A stretch of 64,000 nucleotides of DNA, from assembly GCA_029856105.1 (NCBI GenBank), contig JAHQWH010000015.1:96001-160000 (forward strand), read 5' to 3'. Below are positions 59,132-64,000 of the stretch, piece after piece. Origin of the DNA: Promethearchaeia archaeon. Lineage in GTDB: Archaea > Asgardarchaeota > Lokiarchaeia > Sigyniarchaeales > SOKP01. Each line of letters opens with the position of its first letter. Within the stretch, counting starts at the first letter, position 1. Made by a program: the position numbers and the translations under genes. The notes under the pieces were generated by a model. The model ran no database searches. It saw only the letters and a list, made by a program, of their open reading frames with translations, and was not told where the DNA came from.

Positions 59132-60268
59132 TTAGCCCACAACTTTCTTAAAAAGTCTTAAGAAGTTTTCACCAGCAAGTTTCTTTATTTCTTGATTGCT
59201 ATAGCCTCTCGAAATTAATCCCTTAATTAGATTAGGAAATTTCTTATATTGGTCGAAACCATCTATTTTTGTTAAAAAACTTGCTTTATCTTCGGGTCGA
59301 AAACCTAACGCGTCCATAAACTCTCCAATCTTAATTGCCAAATTATCAGGTACTGAAAAACCGTAAAAATCGGAGCCAACCCCAACATAATCAATTCCTA
59401 CAAGATTCACTATATAATCGAGGTGATCAAGCCAATCATCTATAGTGGTTGTTGTATTGCTCGTTAAAAATCCCGGAACGGCATACACGCCTATATATCC
59501 ACCTTTTTCTGCAAGAGCTTTAAGAAAATCGTCGTCTTTTCCTCTTGCATGTTCGTATAAATTTTTTGCCGATGTGTGAGAAGCTATAATCGGGTCTTTA
59601 GAATTCTCTAAAGCATCTAATGACGTTTGAGGACCGCAATGAGAGATATCAACAATTGCTCCAAGCTCATTAATCTTGTTAACAACCTCGATACCAAATT
59701 CTGTTAAACCTCTATCTCTTACTGCTATACATCCAGTTCCAACCGCAATTTTTTTGTTATAGGTAAGTTGCATTATTCTGAACCCTTGCATATAATTGAG
59801 CTCAACCATGTTAATATCTTTACCGATATGTTGCATGCTTTGAACATTTAAAATTATACCTTTTTTCCCCTCTTTATGCGCTCTTTCAATATCTGCTCCC
59901 TTTAATACTTTAATAAACAAATCTGGTCGATTATCCAACATATATGTCATATAAGAGAAGTTATGAAAAACACCATCAAAGGAATAAGGTTTTGAATGCA
60001 TAGGTCCAAGCGTCCAACTTACGCAAGTCACTCCAGATTCTTTCCATGCTTCGACATATTTAGAATCGTATTCCTCGTCATTAACCACATTTCTCGCAAA
60101 TTGCAATATTAAAATAGGGATTATATCCCAGGGATTCATCCCTTGAGCTAACATCTTATCATTAGCCTTAATAATGTCATCTGACCATAATAAAGGCCCA
60201 TGACTAAGTGTATCAATAATGATACTTGACTCTAAGATTTCATTTAACCTATTATTTATTTCGTTCAT
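59132..60268 (-). CDS. Membrane dipeptidase (peptidase M19) family
   Basis: MQLTYN, VDISH, ASHT, GVGSDF, GENFLR. Confidence 0.88.
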   Translation of the reverse strand: MNEINNRLNEILESSIIIDTLSHGPLLWSDDIIKANDKMLAQGMNPWDIIPILILQFARNVVNDEEYDSKYVEAWKESGVTCVSWTLGPMHSKPYSFDGVFHNFSYMTYMLDNRPDLFIKVLKGADIERAHKEGKKGIILNVQSMQHIGKDINMVELNYMQGFRIMQLTYNKKIAVGTGCIAVRDRGLTEFGIEVVNKINELGAIVDISHCGPQTSLDALENSKDPIIASHTSAKNLYEHARGKDDDFLKALAEKGGYIGVYAVPGFLTSNTTTTIDDWLDHLDYIVNLVGIDYVGVGSDFYGFSVPDNLAIKIGEFMDALGFRPEDKASFLTKIDGFDQYKKFPNLIKGLISRGYSNQEIKKLAGENFLRLFKKVVG

Positions 60269-60416
60269 AATATACCACCTTTGTTTTGCATATTATTTAA
60301 AATTATTATGTAAATATCAAAAAAAATTAATCGGACCTTGATTTTTTGAACCTTTAAAGTTATGAATGTTTTTTAATCCAATTATCTAAGCTTTCAAATT
60401 AAAAAAAATGAAAGAC

Positions 60417-61322
60417 TTAAGAAGTTAAAGCGTTTACAATATCTTCAAAATACTTGAAAATCGTGGAGTAGTGCCCATCGTTTGGATAAAATTTTCCTTC
60501 ACAATTTGGAATTGCTTTACACACACCACGCCCCATAGCAATAGGCACAGCTTCATCCACTTGTCCATGCCATAAATACACTTTAAGTTTTGGAGTTATA
60601 TCTTCAAGGCTAAAACCCCAAGGTTTTGCGTATAATTTCCCTTCGTAAATTACTCCTTTATTTCCTTGACGGAATGCTTCTGCGCTTTCTTTTATAAAAA
60701 GAGGAAGTAATTTAGGATCGTCCATAACTTCCCTATCTGGTTCTGGAAACTTTTTAATAGTTTTCCTCATTTTCTTTTCTGCTTTTTCTAAATCTTTCAA
60801 CCCTCGAGATTGAAAAAATATCATCAATTTAAAAAGCCATGGTATTCTTCGAATAACAAAAGATAATCTGCGAATACTTTTTATTTCTTCTTCTACTTCA
60901 AGATCCATTGGTCCTAAACCGCTAATAATACCACAAGTCGTTAAGCGATCAGGAATTTTATATGCACAGGCTGTAGCATATGGACCTCCCCCCGATATTC
61001 CTTCAATAGCAAATCTTTCTATTCCTAAGGCGTCAGCTAGCTCAACTACATCATCTGACCAATCTAAAATAGTACGGTCTTTTTTGAAATCGGAAAGCCC
61101 CATGCCTGGTCTATCGATTCCAATAAGTCTAATATTATTTTGAATAACTCTATCCGCAAAAATAGCAACTTCTAAACGAGAACCTGGAATACCATGGAAG
61201 TGAAACAATGGTTTTGCTTCTGGATTACCTAAATCCGCGTAACCAAGGTTCCTTCCGTCTTTTAACTTAATAGTTTGATTAACCGCTACCTTTTGTTTTT
61301 TATCGAATTTCTTATATGTCAT
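60417..61322 (-). CDS. Alpha/beta hydrolase
   Basis: HGIPGSR, DRPGMGLS, GISGGG, WHGQVD, GH. Confidence 0.9.
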   Translation of the reverse strand: MTYKKFDKKQKVAVNQTIKLKDGRNLGYADLGNPEAKPLFHFHGIPGSRLEVAIFADRVIQNNIRLIGIDRPGMGLSDFKKDRTILDWSDDVVELADALGIERFAIEGISGGGPYATACAYKIPDRLTTCGIISGLGPMDLEVEEEIKSIRRLSFVIRRIPWLFKLMIFFQSRGLKDLEKAEKKMRKTIKKFPEPDREVMDDPKLLPLFIKESAEAFRQGNKGVIYEGKLYAKPWGFSLEDITPKLKVYLWHGQVDEAVPIAMGRGVCKAIPNCEGKFYPNDGHYSTIFKYFEDIVNALTS

Positions 61323-61463
61323 AACCCTTCAAATTCTTCCTTATAAATTTTATATTGTTTTCATCATTAAGATTTGTAAAACTTAATACTTAACTGAATT
61401 TAGTATTTTCCTTAGAACTGTAAAATTAGATATATTTTTAACTTAAGAAAAGATTTAAGAATT

Positions 61464-62153
61464 ATGGCACCTGATCCTCAAGTTATGATGGAGATGACAT
61501 TCAGCGTTATCTATTTAATCTATATCTGTGTTATTGTAATTCTAATGTCAAAAAACATGAAAAATGTAAATCCAAAAGAAATCGTTACAGCAAAAAGAAT
61601 ACGATTAGCATTTTTCGCGCTATTAATAGGTGATTTAGGGCATGTAGGTGCTCGATTAATCGATTTTTTCTCTGTAGAAGTAGAAATAAATTACATTATT
61701 TTAGGAATCGGATCTCTCTTTGAAATGGTTGGTTTAATCTTTCTTTTTATACTTTTCACAGATGCTTGGCGGGTACAATTTAATCATCCGAAGAATTTAC
61801 TGTTTAAAGTATTAGTTGGTATCGGAATAGTTGGATTAATTATATTTGTATTTCCTCAAAATCAATGGACAGCTCAATCAAGTCCTTACGAATGGTTAGT
61901 AATCCGAAACATTCCATGGTTGATACAAGGAGTTGTGTTATCAATATTAATATATCGAGACGCAAAAGCGGTTGATGATAAACAATTAGTTAGAATTGGA
62001 ATTTACATCTTTATTTCGTATTTTTTCTATATGCCAGTGGTCTTCTTCGGAGAATTAGCCCCAATGCTTGGAATGCTCATGATAATAGGAACAGTTGTTT
62101 TTATGTTGTGGCAATATACATCCTATAGTCGCTTTTTCAAGAAGAGAGAATAA
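61464..62153 (+). CDS. Hypothetical multi-pass (about 7 TM) membrane protein
   Basis: Hydrophobic helices; GDLGHV and RNIP motifs. Confidence 0.7.
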   Translation: MAPDPQVMMEMTFSVIYLIYICVIVILMSKNMKNVNPKEIVTAKRIRLAFFALLIGDLGHVGARLIDFFSVEVEINYIILGIGSLFEMVGLIFLFILFTDAWRVQFNHPKNLLFKVLVGIGIVGLIIFVFPQNQWTAQSSPYEWLVIRNIPWLIQGVVLSILIYRDAKAVDDKQLVRIGIYIFISYFFYMPVVFFGELAPMLGMLMIIGTVVFMLWQYTSYSRFFKKRE

Positions 62154-62208
62154 TAATTTAAAAATTTACATCGGTTTGTCTCTGATTTTACTAAAATAAT
62201 AAAATAGA

Positions 62209-63111
62209 TTAATTAATGAGTCGATCAACTAGAAGATTTTTAAAAGCTTGGACATCTTTCCAAGAAGTTGCACAACGTATCAAATTTCCTCTTTCGCTAA
62301 TTTGAGTTGAGCCGCGATCAGTGATCTCAATTTTTAATTCTTCAATGTTAAGCAATTCTTCAGAGAAACCGAGGTATATAGCCACTGTGTCAAATAGGAC
62401 CGAAGTCTCATTTTTTTTTGTCAATATTAATTTGGGTATGATTTTTTTTTTCCATATCTCAAAATTTTCTTTGATTGATCTAACTATTAAATTGTCGCAC
62501 TTCATGACTCTCTCTAAAAGGGCCCCCGTGAGCACAATATTTCCACAAGTATCCAAAGGTGTAATTGTCTTCTCCCAAGGTGCTTGAAAGACTTCTTTAG
62601 AAGCCTTAATGTTCTTTTTTATATTGAATTCCCGGAGAGGTGAATTTGAGCCCCTGTATCCAATGCGAATACTCCCATGCATCCCTACAAAACGAGAATT
62701 CTCTGTAATATTTGGATTCATTTTAAGTGCTCCTGCCACAGTTCCTAAGGGTCCAATGGCGATGAGTGTTAAAGGCTCAGGAGAATCCATTATCGTGGAA
62801 CAAAGAACCTCCATACCATTTCCATAAACCGTACCGGGATATCTTGATATGTCATATTTCTTAATCCAAGGATATAACCAACCTTTTTTACGATTTTCCA
62901 GAGGTCCAATTCCTATAGGGATGTCTGTTCGACCCACAATTTCGAGAAATTTAGCAACAAGCTTGGTTTTTAGCGGAGTATTGCCAGTTGATGTTGTAAT
63001 TAATTTAACATCCAATTCAGGGCACTTTAATAATAAACCTAGAGCCCAAGTGTCATCAATATCCAACCCTATATCTGTGTCTAGAATTACTGGAATTTTT
63101 TTGTCATGCAT
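62209..63111 (-). CDS. Nucleoside hydrolase (IUNH family)
   Basis: DTDIGLDIDD, AIGPL, EFNI, PLD, LFD. Confidence 0.88.
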   Translation of the reverse strand: MHDKKIPVILDTDIGLDIDDTWALGLLLKCPELDVKLITTSTGNTPLKTKLVAKFLEIVGRTDIPIGIGPLENRKKGWLYPWIKKYDISRYPGTVYGNGMEVLCSTIMDSPEPLTLIAIGPLGTVAGALKMNPNITENSRFVGMHGSIRIGYRGSNSPLREFNIKKNIKASKEVFQAPWEKTITPLDTCGNIVLTGALLERVMKCDNLIVRSIKENFEIWKKKIIPKLILTKKNETSVLFDTVAIYLGFSEELLNIEELKIEITDRGSTQISERGNLIRCATSWKDVQAFKNLLVDRLIN

Positions 63112-63132
63112 TTTTGCTATCCTAATTTTCTT

Positions 63133-63999
63133 TTATACCATTTTTTTAGGGTCTAAAAGTTCGTCCAAATTATCGATCTTTAAACCCATTTCTTTAATTA
63201 CTACTTTACAGGTTTTACCTTCCTTATGCGCTCTTTGGGCAATTTCAGAACATTTATCGTACCCTATTATTGGAGATAAATTAGTAACAATCATTAGCAT
63301 TTGGTCTAAATTCATATTGATTTGTTTAGTGTTCGCTTTTAAGCCGATTAAGCAATTACTAATAAAAGAATTAATACCCCCTATTAAAATTTCAATAGAT
63401 TCAAGAACATTTACAATCATTACGGGTTTACTCATGTTCAAATCTAAAATGCTTCCATACATTTCTCCACTTGTAACAACATAGTCGTTTCCAATCACTT
63501 GAAGACATACTTGAATTAAAGCTTCAGATTGAGTAGGATTAATTTTCCCAGGCATAATAGACGACCCTGGTTCGTTTTGGGGTAAAATCAATTCTGATAG
63601 ACCTGCTCTTGGACCACTGCCCATCCAGCGAATGTCATTTGCCATTTTTAAAAGCGATAACGCTAAAAGTCTTAAGTTACTACTGGCATTAGCTATAGTA
63701 TTATGCGAAGATATTCCCTCCGCTTTTATAGGATTAATTTTAAGAGATAAGGAAGTTATTTTTGAAAGATGGTTTACGGTCAATTTATCAAAATCTTTAT
63801 GAGCATTTAAACCTGTACCTAAAGCTGTGCCACCTATTGGGATGAATAATAATTCATCCATTACATGTCTTAATCGTTCAATATTAGTTTCGATTTGTTT
63901 TTTGTATACTTTAAATTCTAACGATAGTGGTATTGGGACGGCATCTTGTAAGTGCGTTCTTCCTACTTTAACGATTTCTTCAAATTCTTCGATTTTAAT
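63133..63999 (-). CDS. fumC: Class II fumarate hydratase (5' partial)
   Basis: Frame is open to the window end: GRTHLQDAVP, GGTALGTGLN, SGPRAGL, GSSIMPGKINP. Confidence 0.9.
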   Translation of the reverse strand: MKIEEFEEIVKVGRTHLQDAVPIPLSLEFKVYKKQIETNIERLRHVMDELLFIPIGGTALGTGLNAHKDFDKLTVNHLSKITSLSLKINPIKAEGISSHNTIANASSNLRLLALSLLKMANDIRWMGSGPRAGLSELILPQNEPGSSIMPGKINPTQSEALIQVCLQVIGNDYVVTSGEMYGSILDLNMSKPVMIVNVLESIEILIGGINSFISNCLIGLKANTKQINMNLDQMLMIVTNLSPIIGYDKCSEIAQRAHKEGKTCKVVIKEMGLKIDNLDELLDPKKMV

Positions 64000-64000
64000 G

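Noticed and set aside
62849-63484. 211-aa plus-strand ORF and other short antisense ORFs in the track (e.g. 4259-4633, 40059-40448, 50310-50723)
   Set aside because: They shadow well-supported genes on the opposite strand and show no motifs
1-64000. tRNA, rRNA, CRISPR arrays, transposases, integrases, prophage genes
   Set aside because: None recognised by eye; tRNAscan-SE, Infernal and CRISPR finders would be needed to exclude them formally

Overview
AT-rich archaeal chromosomal window. Gene style and content point to Asgard archaea, most likely Lokiarchaeia; this is inferred from the SDS22-like LRR protein, UBC-like/JAMM fusion, SCP2 proteins, many CCG-domain and 2-hydroxyacyl-CoA dehydratase paralogs and archaeal TATA/U-tract signals. 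About 55 CDS, mostly anaerobic heterotrophic metabolism: HdrB, two GlcD/GlcF-like pairs, two Hgd-type dehydratase operons, HypD, beta-glucuronidase, aconitase and FumC. Housekeeping genes include an intein-containing class II RNR, MtaB-like methylthiotransferase, AlaX, TatD and NAD-dependent LigA. I saw no rRNA, tRNA, CRISPR array or transposase. The best candidate for an undescribed system is a duplicated three-subunit membrane left-handed beta-helix (LbH) module at 8.0-15.0 kb (A+B+C, then AB-fusion+C). It mirrors the three tandem C-terminal domains of Pls/PosA-type NRPS, but has no adenylation or carrier domain nearby and keeps a candidate catalytic His in only one subunit. Other leads: a UBC/UEV-like-JAMM fusion, a LITAF-like protein, a CooC + truncated ACS-beta pair, a candidate structured sRNA, a 22-bp direct-repeat-bounded insert, and orphan gene 3' ends next to intact homologs. 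All family calls come from motif recognition by eye; no searches were run.
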